NCBI GenBank assembly: GCA_973895155.1
Contig: OZ316892.1
Location: forward strand, 30,479,228-30,543,227
Direction: 5' to 3'
Length of the DNA: 64,000 nt
From: Marsupella aquatica
Lineage: Eukaryota > Plantae > Marchantiophyta
Shown: positions 12,613-24,790 of the stretch, piece after piece
Position numbering within the stretch: position 1 is the first letter of the stretch
Layout: each line of letters begins with the position of its first letter
The notes under the pieces: generated by a model
The model's input: only the letters and a program-made list of their open reading frames with translations
The model's database searches: none
Told to the model about the DNA's origin: nothing
Translations under genes and position numbers: made by a program

Positions 12613-13554
12613 CTACGCCTGCCAAAAAGCTGCCTTCTGCCTTGCCTTATACTCTACCCCTTGGCACACTTGTAGGACCTCACAATCCGGCCGTTCCTTT
12701 TGATGTGTGGGATGTCGAGTTCCTACTTCACGAATGTTGAATTGTGTTACCAGGTTGTCAAAATAATGGGGCCGTGATGCACAACACGCGGCCGGTAAGT
12801 GCCTGTAGGAGAAGCAAAAACAACACTGACCGCAGATTCCTGCCACGTAGTCGAAGAGGATAGTAGACACCTCGGAGTCACTAAGCCGTTGGGAAAATCT
12901 TGAGTGTGGATTCCACCAGAGCTGAAATGTGATGATGCTCAATACCGGAGGCTAGCTTAGCCCGAGTAAATTTACCCACCGGCGCCTCAATGAACTTGAT
13001 AAATTCATAGTCTATCACCGAGTCGCCCCATTTGATGTAGATAGATTCCAACTGCTTGAAGTCTGGTTGGTTACACGGGTCAAAGTTTGCTTTGTAGTCA
13101 TTCACTACGGCATGTTTGTCAAGTGCCTTGAGAGGAGATCTTTGGAGCAGTTGTCGTTGGATGTCTTCCCCCAAGTTGGCATTGAATTGAACCACAAAGA
13201 GAGCATTACTTAGGCAGTTCGTCGTGGAGTCCCAACTTAATCTCATTCTCCTGGTTGAAAGCTGACAGCCAATCTTTAGCCTGCCAGGAATTGAATTCCG
13301 ATTCAAAGCCTAGTACCACCTTATTCCTAAAAATCTGTTGGCTACCCAGCTGTAGAATCTCCATGGGGGATGCAGAAGATTTCCTCATTGTCGGCCGTGG
13401 GAATACTAGGTGGGTTAAGATTCTTTAGGTGGACAGGTCCACTGGAGGTGGCCTCTGTTGCATGGCGGTGGATCACATTTGTAGATTTCAATGAGGTCGG
13501 TTTAGACTTCCACTGCGAGTGGGCGCTGGCCATACCGAGACAAAACTTTTTCAT
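12613..13554 (-). pseudogene. LINE (L1-like) ORF1 remnant: DUF4283-like region plus CX2CX4HX4C zinc knuckle
   Basis: Frameshifted pieces LFVVQFNANLGEDIQRQLLQRSPLKALDKHAVVNDYKANFDP (DUF4283-like) and C-CF-C-FSYR-H-LPAA-C. No endonuclease or RT follows. Confidence 0.6.
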
Positions 13555-15829
13555 ATTTTTTGATAGAGCGTGAAAGCAGCCTTCAAATTAACTTACTGCC
13601 ACTTGTGTCGCATTATAGTTCTAGCTCTCCTGCTATCTTCCTTTGTACCCGTCTCTTCTCTCTTCTGGTTGGAATTGCTGCTCGACTTAGCATTTCCTTC
13701 ATATCCGCGAGCGATGGCGGGCAATTTGCTCTCTGTAGCCACCGTACCGTAATCTATGCAAACCCCAAAAAGCTAACAAACATCCTGCAAATAGACGAAT
13801 GCCTATGGCCTCCCAAGACTGGCCAAGACACAAAAAACTGTTGAGCACCTCACGTCTTGCAATTTTCTTACAAGTTTTTGCTGGAAATCTCTTTCTACGA
13901 TGACAGACCTTCATGGATACTTCTGTTAATCTATGCAATTTCCAAGTGGATAGGAAAAATGAATTCAGGAATATATCAACTATGTATAACAAGTGATTGT
14001 GTAATTCTGTCAAGCATTTTGTCCATAATTAGCTTCCGATGGCAGTTTGAGTTCAACGAGCATCACAAGTGCACTATCCGGATGGCTTGTATATAATTAT
14101 GTGCTTAAATGTGTGGCTGTTCTGATCATTTGCATTGATTAAAGACAAATTTTTCTCCTATCCCCAGTTCTAACTGAAAAACCCGTCATGTTAAAAGTCT
14201 GATGTCATTGGGTCCGAGGAGGAACAAGGAGTAGGGAATGTCGTCAACATGGAGCATAGTAAGTAACAAACCCAAGCCAAGACAAAGTGGGACTGAAAGA
14301 GTGCGTGGCTCTGGGTCTCTGCTCTTCTACCACGACAAACATTTATGTGAGTGCGGGGGTGAAAAAAGATAAGTTCCATGTGTGTTTGCACTTAACTTTT
14401 TGGTTAAATACTCGCTCAACATGAGATTCTAAGTAAAAATAGACATTTGGGCTGTCCGAAACCCCCTTGCGCCTAGTTAATTTTCTTAGGGTGGGTTATC
14501 TTTTCAACTAATCCTGTTAAATCAAAAGAAAACAGGCGCAGGGTTCCTGCCGGCTCAACTCGCACTCATAGTTAAATCTGATAGTTAAAATCACTAATGA
14601 TCTCTAGTTAGTGTCCGTCATTTTGCGAGTACTTCACTGGAAAGTTAAGAGCCAAAAATCTTGGAACTTAACTTTTTATAACTTGTTTCACCCTGCCGTC
14701 CCGTGAGTTGTTGTGTGGCGAGGTCAACACACCCACCACAGCAAAACTTTTTAGTTAGCTGCCATTTTGTTTGCTTTCAAGCTCTGAATCGATGCTTTGA
14801 GTTTGGCCCGGGCCATTGACTTGCCCCACCTGCATCGTTTCTCCTTCACATAACTGTTTGCAATTTTTTTTGGCCAATTCCGTGCCTTCATGCAACAGCA
14901 GAATCGAAGGTAGCTGAGCGAGCCACTTGAAAATTGGCATTGGAATTGTTTGAGTCCTTTGAGCAAGCGTTGTCGCAACACCGGTTAGTCAAATTGATTA
15001 ATACCTCTTCTGCTTCTTGCTCATTTGAGTTACTATGGTTGGAAGTTTCTATCGGGCCCCACAAGAGCTATGGAATAAACCAGAGCACACTACTGATTGG
15101 AATGAGGAAATTGGGATGGGGCTGCCGGCATTATTATCTACAGTATAAGTCTATCCTTCAATTGCTCACGACAACCATTAGAATTGCCACACAAATGCTT
15201 GTAATGCTTGTAGAGTGTTTGAAGCTCATGAGCTGCAATTCGTGTCTCAGGGGCTGCGCACGCTTGATGGGAGGACTACACCAAAAGTCGGTCGAGACAA
15301 AGCTGATGGTGGTGCACAAGAAGCACTCCAGTTCCAAATTCCAATAGGTGGCGACCCTCACTCCAGCTAATTTAAGTTGCTTTAACTTGGGAAGTGATGT
15401 GTAATCCAACACTTGCCAATTTGATTTAGTAAATTCAAGTAGCGGAACTGAACGTGCACAATGTTTATACTTTGCGGCAATAGGTGAACATTTATTGTCT
15501 GAGCACTTTCAGCGATAATTAGGTAGGCCATAACATAGTTAAAAGCTCAAAGTTATTGAGTTGGCAACTGTCCCCACCAAAACCATTGTACGCTCTGTAT
15601 TACCAGTTCATTGTGCAATTAAATCTTCTTCTCTGTTGCCAAAGGCAATGAGAATATGAAGTTGGGATAGACACAAACTGTCTCTATTCTTTTTGCAAGC
15701 ACAATACTTCCGTTCGTCCCACGTTCAATGAATTTCTTTGATATGGTTTGTCTAACTAAAGTGGGAACCCACGTCCACGCTTGCTTGCACTTGGCAGCAG
15801 CCTGGGAACAAGTAATTCAAATTGCCGAC

Positions 15830-17175
15830 AGACCCTTCCCTTCTGCACTATGGTTGGGGTGGTATTTTAGTTGGAAAAGATTGGCTTTCTAGAATTCCTG
15901 CCGCCCACCTTCAATCTGGTTCCTTAATGTGCTCTTCACCTTCAAATTCCCTTCTGTGCCATGGTTGGGCTGGTATTATGGTCGGGAAGTATTCATTTGG
16001 TCTTCTAGAATTCCTATTGCCCGTCTGCAATCTGGTTCTTTAATGTGCTCGTCGCTCGTAGGCTCCCATAACATAATTTTCCGGTTAAACCATAGACTCC
16101 CATAACATTTCCGGTTAAACATTTTTGCAGCAATAGCATTCATGTTGAAACCTTTAATCTCCGTTAGTATCAAAAGTGTCACCATTCAATTTTGGACGTG
16201 GGAAATGGCTGATTAGCTCCCATAACATTTCCGGTTAAACCGTAGTCGACTCCCATAACATTTCTGGTTAAACATTTTTGCAGCAATAGCATTCATGTCG
16301 AAACCTTTAAACTACGTTAGTATCAAAAGTGTTACCATTCAATTTTGGATGTGGGAAATGGCTGATTAGAACTAATTCAATGTGTACAGTCGTGATATAT
16401 AGTGCGAGGTATTTACAAATGCTGAACAATTACACCTCCGAGGGAGTGCTTAAAATTGACTTGACGTCATCACTTTCTTCAAATTCCCTTCAACGCCATG
16501 GTTGGGCTGGTATTATAGTTGGGAAGCATTGGCCTTCTAGAATTCCTGTCCGCCTTCAATTTGGTTCCTTAATGTGCTTGCCGCCTTCAAATTCCCTTCT
16601 GCACCATGGTTGGGATGGTATTATGGTTGAGAAGTATTGGGCTTCTAGAATTCCTATTGCCCGTCTTCAATCTGGTTCCTTAATGTGCTGGTCGCTCGTA
16701 GGCTCCCATAACATTTCCAATTAAACCGTAAACTCCCATAACATTTCTGGTTAAACATTTTTGCAGCAATAGCATTCATGTTGAAACCTTTCAACTCCGT
16801 TAGTATCAAAAGTGTCACCATTCAAATTTGGACGTGGGAAATGGCTGAGTAGAACTAATTCAATGTGTACAGTCGTGATATATAGTGCGAGGTATTTACA
16901 AATGCTGAACAATTACACCTTCGAGGGAGTGCTCAAAATTGACTTGATGTCATCACTTTCTACGATGACAGACCTTTATGGATACTTTTGTTAATTTGTG
17001 CAATTTCCAAATGGACAGGAAAAATGAACACAAGAATATATCAACTATACAGTATAACAAGTAATTGTGGAATTCTGTCAAGCAATCTGTCCATATATAT
17101 AGCTTCCGATGGCAATTTGAGTTCAACGGGCATCACAAGTGCACTATCCGGATGGCTTGTATATAATTATGTGCT
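15830..17175. repeat. Mosaic of local segmental duplications
   Basis: ~16250-16475 matches ~16733-16958; ~15840-16205 matches ~16490-16845; 16958-17175 matches 13893-14105. Related blocks occur at 11440-11760 and 12310-12490. Confidence 0.8.
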
Positions 17176-18688
17176 GGGGTAATGCAAATGTCAATGTGCT
17201 CCAAAGGGTATGTTTGTATCAAATTACAATATTTTGAAGGTTGGGGGGTACGAGGGATGGGGTATTCCAAAACTCACAGCCACCATGTGCTGGGGTAATA
17301 CAAGTGCCAATGTGCTCCGAAGGGTATGTATATATCAAATTACAGTATTTTGAAGGTTGAGGGGTATGAGGGATGGGGTATTCCAAAATGCACAACCACC
17401 ATGTGCTGGGGTCATGCAAATGTCCATGTGCTCGGATGGGTATGTATGTTTCAAATTACAGTATTTTGAAGGTTGGGTGGTACGACGGATGGGGTATTCC
17501 AAAATGCACAGCCACCATGTGCTGGGGTAATGCAAGTGCCAATGTGCTCCAAAGGGTATCTATATATATCAAATTACAGTATTTTGAAGGTTGGGGGGTA
17601 CGACGGATGGGGTATTCCAAAACTCACAGCCACCATGTGCTGGGGTAATGCAAGTGCCAATGTGCTCCGAAGGGTATGTATATATCAAATTACAGTATTT
17701 TGAAGGTTGAGGGGTATGAGGGATGGGGTATTCCAAAATGCACAGCCACCATGTGCTGGGGTAATGCAAATGTAAATGTGCACCGAAGGGTACGTATGTA
17801 TCAAATTACAGTATTGAAGGTTGGGGGGTACGAGGGATGGGGTATTCCAAAACGCACAGCCACCATGTGCTGGGGTAATGCAAGTGCCAATGTGCTCCGA
17901 AGGGTATGTATATATCAAATTACAGTATTTTGAAGGTTGGGGGGTACGAGGGATGGGGTATTCCAAAATGCATAGTCACCAAGTGCTGGGGTAATGCAAG
18001 TGCCAATGTGCTCTGAAGGGTATGTATGTATCAAATTACAGTATTTTGAAGGTTGAGGTACGAGGGATGGGGTATTCCAAAACGCACAACCACCATGAGG
18101 TAATGCAAGTGCCAATGTGTTCCAAAGGGTATGTATTATCAAATTACAGTATTTTGAAGGTTGGGGGGTACGAGGGATGGGGTTTTCCAAAACCCACAGC
18201 CACCATGTTCTGGGGTAATGCAAAACAATGTCAATGTGCACCGAAGGGTATGTATGTATCAAATTACAGTATTTTGAAGGTTGGGGGTATGAGGGATGGG
18301 GTATTCCAAAATGCACAGCCACCATGTGTTGGGGTAATGCAAATGTCAATGTGCACCGAAGGGTATGTATGTATCAAATTACAGTATTGAAGGTTGGGGG
18401 TACCAGGGATGGGGTATTCCAAAATGCACAGCCACCATGTGCTGGGGTAATGCAAATGCCCATGTGCTCGGATGGGTATGTATGTTTCAAATTACAGTAT
18501 TTTAAAAGTTGGGTGGTACAAGGGATGGGGTATCCCAAAATGCCCAGCCAACATGTGCTGGGGTAATGCAAAATAATGTCAATGTGCACCGAAGGGTATG
18601 TATGTATCAAATTACAGTACTTTGAAGGTTGGGGGTACGAGGGATGGGGTATTCTATAACGCACAGCCACAGTGTGCTCGGGTAATGC
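17170..18688. repeat. ~116-bp satellite, ~13 copies
   Basis: Unit GTGCTGGGGTAATGCAAGTGCCAATGTGCTCCGAAGGGTATGTA...TCAAATTACAGTATTTTGAAGGTTGGGGGGTACGAGGGATGGGGTATTCCAAAA...CAGCCACCAT. Confidence 0.95.
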
Positions 18689-19229
18689 AGAAGGACTGTA
18701 CAACGCCCTTTACCCGAGCACCAACTGTGCACAACTTTGGTGCTTATGGGGTGCTGACAATATAGGAGCATTTTAGTTCGCATCTTCCGGATTCCAGAAA
18801 GGTTGGCAGTGACTTGGACAAGACGCTTCATAACAAAGGGAACGTTTCTTCACAACAAGGAGTTTAAGTTTAAGTACATGGATTGACAGCATCCAATAGA
18901 GCAACAAGCAGCTTTGCAGAAATGGAATCTGTCATGTTTTGAGAGGCTCCTTGCGTGTCAATACCCTCCTTCCGTCGAGTAAGCCTCATGAGTTGCTCAC
19001 GGCAATGTGTTGGTGATAGGATTAGGGTTTACTTAATTGGACTACCTTTCATACGACAGAAGTGAATTTCAAGCACAGCAGATCCAAAACATGGAGGACA
19101 AGGCAGAGTCACCTTACGATGAGGTCCAGCCCTACAAGGAGGTGGAAAAGGAAGGTTTGGATTACAATACTTAATAGTTGGTCGTCATTGCATATAGTTG
19201 AATTTTGCATTGCGGTTTAGTGATGATAT

Positions 19230-22204
19230 GTGGAATATTTTGACAATCCGTGGGTTGGAATTGAAACAGGCGGCACTGGAACGTTGTGGCATTCCTGCAC
19301 ACCGGAACAAATTCGCAGTTTGGTGGGAGGTGATCCAACTCAATCGTCAATGATTTTCAACCTTGGTCTGCAACAAACTTTTGGGATTGATTACAACATA
19401 ACAGCCATATGTGGGGTGAAGGAGTTTGTGTTGGGATTTGATTATGCATCAAAATCCAGTGAATTCCGAGGATGTTCATTGAAAATCACACAAGATGTGT
19501 TACATGCGGCATTCAAGCTGCCATTTGGTACATTCGCCAAGTATAGGCAGAGAATGCACTGTCTTGAATTCAATGATTTGTTTGTTCGTCCACAAATAAG
19601 AGGGAACCCCTATAGTTTAAAGCTTTTGAGAGCTCCGTATGATAGATGGTCTGGGGCAATTAGAGTGGTGCAAGAAATTATGCTGGGTAAGGAGAAGCCT
19701 TCACAGTTATTAGCAAAACAATTGAGTTATTTCTACTAGTATTTGTGTGGTACTTTGCCGAAGGGAAAAAGACTAGCAGGCCCTGTGCCAAAATTGCTAC
19801 CAGATTGGAGTGATTTAGTTTACGATGAATTGGCTTTGGAAATAAATAAATTCAAGAAACACCTTCAGGGTATGAGGAATGTTCGTGAGTCAAAGGCGTT
19901 CCCCGCTTATTGTGGGATTGCTATTACATAGTTGCTGCTACATTGGGGATTTTCATGGAAAAGCCTTATATTGGGGCCAAATGTTGGCAACGAGGGTACT
20001 ACAAGAAGGGAAACCCAACCTCAACCTATTCAATGTAAACTTCAGTCATCGGAATCAAAGTTAGAAGGCAGGATTGATGACCTTGAAGGGGAGTTGACGG
20101 CACAAACAATGCGAAATGATGAATACGAAGATGCTGGAGAAGGTTGGAATGAGAACCAATTGTGCATGGCAAATTTGAGTGTTGAACAAGAAATGTGCAA
20201 TGCAGGACAAGATGCGGTCACCAGAGAATTTGAGGTGTTCAAATTGCAGTCACAATGCAGGTTGAAAGACCTTGAAGAAAAGCTTGTGCAGGTGACAATG
20301 CGCAATGACGAATACCAAGCTGCTGAACAAGGTTGGAAGGAGGACCAATCACGCATGGCAGAATTGAGTGTTGAACTTCAAATGGGCACTACAGGACGAG
20401 ATGTGATCACCAACAAATTTGAAGAGTTCAAATTGCAATCACAATGCAGGTTGAAAGACCTTGAAGAAAATCTTGTGCAAGTGACAAAGCGCAATGACGA
20501 ATACCAAGCTGCTGAACAAGGTTGGAAGGAGGACCAATCGCGCATGACAAAATTGAGTGTTGAACTTCAAATGGGCACTGCAGAACGAGATGCGGTCACT
20601 AGCGAATTTGAAGAGTTCAAATTGCAGTCACAGTCCAGGTTGAAAGACCTTGAAGAAAAGCTTATGCAGGTGACAATGCGCAATGACGAATACCAAGCTG
20701 CTGAACAAGGTTGGAAGAAAGACCAATCGCGCATGGTAGAATTGAGTGTTGAACTTCAAATGGGCACTATAGGACGAGATGCTATCGCCAGCAAATTTGA
20801 AGAGTTCAAATTGCAGTCACAATGCAAGTTGAAAGACCTTGAAGAAAAGCTTGTGCAGGTGACAAAGCGCAATGACGAATACCAAGCTGCTGAACAAGGT
20901 TGGAAGGAGGACCAATCACGCATGGCAGAATTGAGTGTTGAACTTCAAATGGGCACTACAGAACGAGATGCGGTCACCAGCAAATTTGAAGAGTTCAAAT
21001 TGCAGTCACAATGGAAGTTGAAAGACCTTGAAGAAAAGCTTGTGCTGGTGACAAAGCGCAATGACAATTACCAAGCTGCTGAACAAGGTTGGAAGGAGGA
21101 CCAATCGCGCATGGCAGAATTGAGTGTTGACCTTGAAAGGTGTGTTGCAGGACGAGATGTCGCGATCAATGAACTTGAGTTGTTGAAATTGTCATCAGAA
21201 AGCAAGTTTGAAGATGTTCAACGGAAGCTTGTAGAGCAGGCAGTGCGCATGGAATCATGTTTAGGTGCTGAATGTGCTTTGAAGGATATCCAAATGCGCA
21301 TGGAAGAATTGGAAAGTGAACTTGCAAGGTGCACTAAACAACGAGATGATGCGAGCACACAACTTCAGTTGTTCAGATTAGAGTCACAGAGCAAGTTGGA
21401 AGACCTTCAACGAGCACTTGTAGAACAGACAAGGCTGAAGGCGGAATACGTAGTTGCTCACAAAGCTTTGAAGGAGCTCACAAAGCTTTGAAGGAGAACG
21501 AAATGTGCATGGGGGAACTGAGAAATGAGGTAGCAAAGTGCACTGCCGAATGCAATACTCAGCGCACTAACGTGGAGTCTTTGAAATTGGACTTAGAGCG
21601 TACAATGGCAGAGCTTGAACAGGTGCATTGTAGATTGGGCGAGAATGTAGACTTGCAACAAATAGTTTCAACTCAGAAAGTAGAATTAAAATTCAAGGAT
21701 GACCAATTGCACATAGCTCTTGCAAAGGTTGAAGAGTTGGAATGTACAGTGAGGAATTTGAAGAGAAAGCAAGTGTCGAACGCTGAACCAGTTATACCGT
21801 TCATTGCGGAACCAAAGAGGCAAGCTCATGGACGTCCATTACTTGGTTCAACCTCCAACAATGAAATGACAACAGTGCCATGTAAAAATCGCGTACAGAG
21901 GGATGAGATTGCAAGTTGTTCTCTGTCTGTGGTCTCGCAATTGACTCGTATTAATTTGGAGGACCCCCCAAAAAGGCGACGACTGTTGTGGTCTTTTGAT
22001 AATGAAGGGGATAGCTTGGATCATGTTGACATTGACGCTACCTCCATAGGTCGTACAATTGCAGATTCCTGTTCCGATTCAGATTTAGATTCAGAGATGG
22101 ACTTTCCCCGAGTCCGAGTCCAACCTTTTTTGCAAACAGAGGAACGAGTGAGTAAACTAACCATGTCGCAGCGTCTTGTCCAAATACTCAGTTTGGATGA
22201 GTAG
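19230..22204 (+). pseudogene. PMD/Transposase_32-like domain followed by 60-aa coiled-coil repeats (likely 5' part of the SNF2 gene)
   Basis: ORFs 19230-19739, 19743-19931 and 19932-21491 share one frame broken by two TAGs. The shift into 21488-22204 is explained by a 20-bp tandem duplication (GCTCACAAAGCTTTGAAGGA, 21456-21495). Motif LGLQQTF...VKEFVLGFD...FRGCSLKITQDVLHAAFKLPFG parallels the domain in 612-4274 and 29575-31608. Possible first exon from ATG 19091. Confidence 0.7.
20030..21200 (+). repeat. 180-bp coding tandem repeat (60 aa), ~6 copies, with degenerate continuation to ~21440
   Basis: Repeated KLQSQC(R/K)LKDLEEKLVQVT(M/K)RNDEYQAAEQGWKEDQSRMAELSVELQMGT...DAVTSKFEEF. Confidence 0.95.
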
Positions 22205-22246
22205 AGCAGGTTAAGAAGGCTGACTGTTATTCCGTGACCATTGCAG

Positions 22247-24790
22247 GAATACATCAATGATAGGGACTTCACAGGAGAAGCAAGCCCACCAGATGGGCTT
22301 ATGCAAAATGTGACAGTTTACCAACATCAACGGAAAGGTCTATCTGGATGTTGTCGAGGGAGAGTGGTGATTCCAAATGTTTTGGGGGCATTTTGGCAGA
22401 TGACCAGGTAAAACCCTAAAGCTCACATCATTTCCTAATGTTGAGTGGGCTGCGCATTGACTTCAGGGTCATCATGTGTTTTGTGGTGTGAACTTGGAAT
22501 TTTCTTCCATGCATGAAATGAACTAACTGTATTTGTTGGTAGGGAATGGGGAAGACAATTCAACTGATTACACTCTTAGTCACCAATCGACCACCCAGAA
22601 GCAAGACCCTTATCGTTTGTCCTGGAAGTGTTATGACTCAATGGAAATGTGAGATTACCACTAAAACTACTGCAAGGGCAAATGTAAAGGTGTTAATATT
22701 TCACGGGTCGGACAGATGTATGGATCCAAAGCAGTTGGCCTTATACGATGTTATAATTACCACTTACGGCACTCTCGCCCAACATTCCACTGCAGACCCA
22801 CCTACACTGAGAAGAAAAGGGAAATTAAGTCAAAAAATTCCTGTGGAGCCAACACCCAAGAAAATGAAGGATCCATTGCCTCCTTGCCTGGAGCAGGTAC
22901 AATGGTACAGGGTGATTCTAGACGAGTGTCAAGCAATCTCAAACCATAGGAGTGGCAGAGCATTAGCTGCTTGCAACCTACATGCAAGAAGCAGATGGTG
23001 TGTAAGCGGAACTCCTGTGTCAAATTCTACTTGGGAGGCATACAGTTATTTCAAATTTCTTGGATACCCCCCTTACTGTGACATAGACCGGTTCAAGATT
23101 TTGAGGCAGCATATTGCAAAAAGTAGGAAAGCTGGACACGCAATACTACACAAGGAGCTGAGGGCCATTACATTGAGAAGAGATAAGAGTAAGACAACTA
23201 CAACTACAATGTTCACATGTGTTGGAATTGGACTTTTCCATTATTTGGAATTGGTTGAATTTCATATGGATTTTGATGTGTTGTATGTTTGTATGCAATC
23301 TTATAGTTGGACATATTTTGTTTGCAGGTATCCTGAATCTACCTAAGAAGCATGTAAGAGTAGCTCATCTCGACTTTTTAGTTGAAGGCGATGCCATAGT
23401 GTATAAGAAATTAGAGGCAAGGAGTGTAGCGGAAGACTCGGTATGTCCAAAGTTTGGCCCACCCTATGTGGGTGTACTTTGTCATTCTTCAATTGTGCAC
23501 AGATACCGTGGTTGCCCTGTTGTTTTGTACAATTACTCAACCGGGTTGATTTGTGGGCTTCACAGAAGGGAAATAAGAAAGAGAAAGCTAAATTGCTGTC
23601 GTTGATGCTGAGAATGAGACGCCACTGTGGGCATCGTGACCTTGTCTTTCACAATGAAAAAGAAGATAGTGTGAATACTCCCAAGATCCAACCCGATGGA
23701 GTCCGTTCAGACGAATTGGTAAACAAGTTGTTGGATGCTCCAGAAGGGGGGACTTGTAACAAGTGCCAGGTGATTTTTCGCACATAGTAAATCCTATTTG
23801 TAAATCCAGTACCCCGTGGGAGTGTTGTTCAACCGGTGGCGATTGTTGAAACATTTGACATTGCACACTAACTTTGAAGTCCATTTTTGTAATATTTGCA
23901 GGGTGAGCTTTTTGATGACCCCATGATTTCCATCTGTGGTCACTATTACTGTTCCAGTTCAGCTTGTTATTTTGATCCACTGGAAGAGGACATAATATGC
24001 GGAGCACCAAACTGTAAGCAGCAAATTTCATGGAGTACGGTGTACAGAGTATGTGATATATGTACGTTGTCTGGCACTGAATTGGCAGAGGAGGACTTGG
24101 AAATTCTCGGTTTTCATACTTCTGGGCCATCACCCAAAATTGATGGTGTCATGTCTTACTTGAACGAGCTGCGAGAGTCTGGAAGTGACGATAAGATCAT
24201 TGTGTTTTCTCAATGGACCGGCTTAATTGACTTGTTACAAGGACTTGAAAGTGCAAACATCCAGTTCACAAGGGTGGACGGGAGCATGAGTTTGGAGAAG
24301 CGTGACCAAAATCTGAGAGACTTTGCCGAATCTCGCCAGATATGCATAAAGCACCCCATATAGGTTGTTTTGGTGCATGTTTTTGAGAAATTGTACATCG
24401 GTCACTCACTAAGCATTTCACTACACTGGATTGATTCAGATACAAGTCGCCCTATTGTCATTAAAGGCTGCCAATACGGGATTAAATATCACGGCTGCCA
24501 ATCATGTACTCTTTACAGATATATGGTGGAATCCAACAGCAGAAGATCAAGCAGTGGACAGAACTCATCGTCTAGGGCAGACAAAAGAAGTGTTTGTTAC
24601 ACATTTCCTAATGAGGAATACTATTGAGGAGACATTGTGGCATGTACAACAGAGAAAGAGGACACTGATTGATGAATGCGTACACGGAAGTTTGAGTAGC
24701 GGAAAAAAGGATAATGCAATATTGCAGGAAGTATTGAAAGAGGAGCGACTCAGGTTGTCTAGGCAACAGGCAGTAGGAAGGCCGAGATGA
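22247..24790 (+). pseudogene. SNF2-RING-HELICc chromatin remodeler of the Ris1/Uls1 (Arabidopsis FRG/CHR27-28-like) subfamily, spliced and disabled
   Basis: Motifs: EASPPDG...HQRKGL-WML...CFGGILADDQ|GMGKT (intron 22408-22542), LIVCPGSVMTQW, WYRVILDECQAI, RWCVSGTP, LRRDK (intron 23189-23327), RING CNKC...CGHYYC...C-GAPN-C, KIIVFSQWT, LSLKAANTGLNITAANHV...WWNPTAEDQAVDRTHRLGQ. Disablements: 1-nt frameshift near 22343 and an apparently mutated donor (CAG|AT) near 24340. Confidence 0.9.

Noticed and set aside
14751-15600. Degraded LRR-type gene on the minus strand (LPKLKQLKLAGV)
   Set aside because: Only one or two LRR-like strings among many stops; not enough to call.
8049-18688. CRISPR-like arrays
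   Set aside because: Units repeat along their whole length without unique spacers, there are no cas genes, and the context is eukaryotic.
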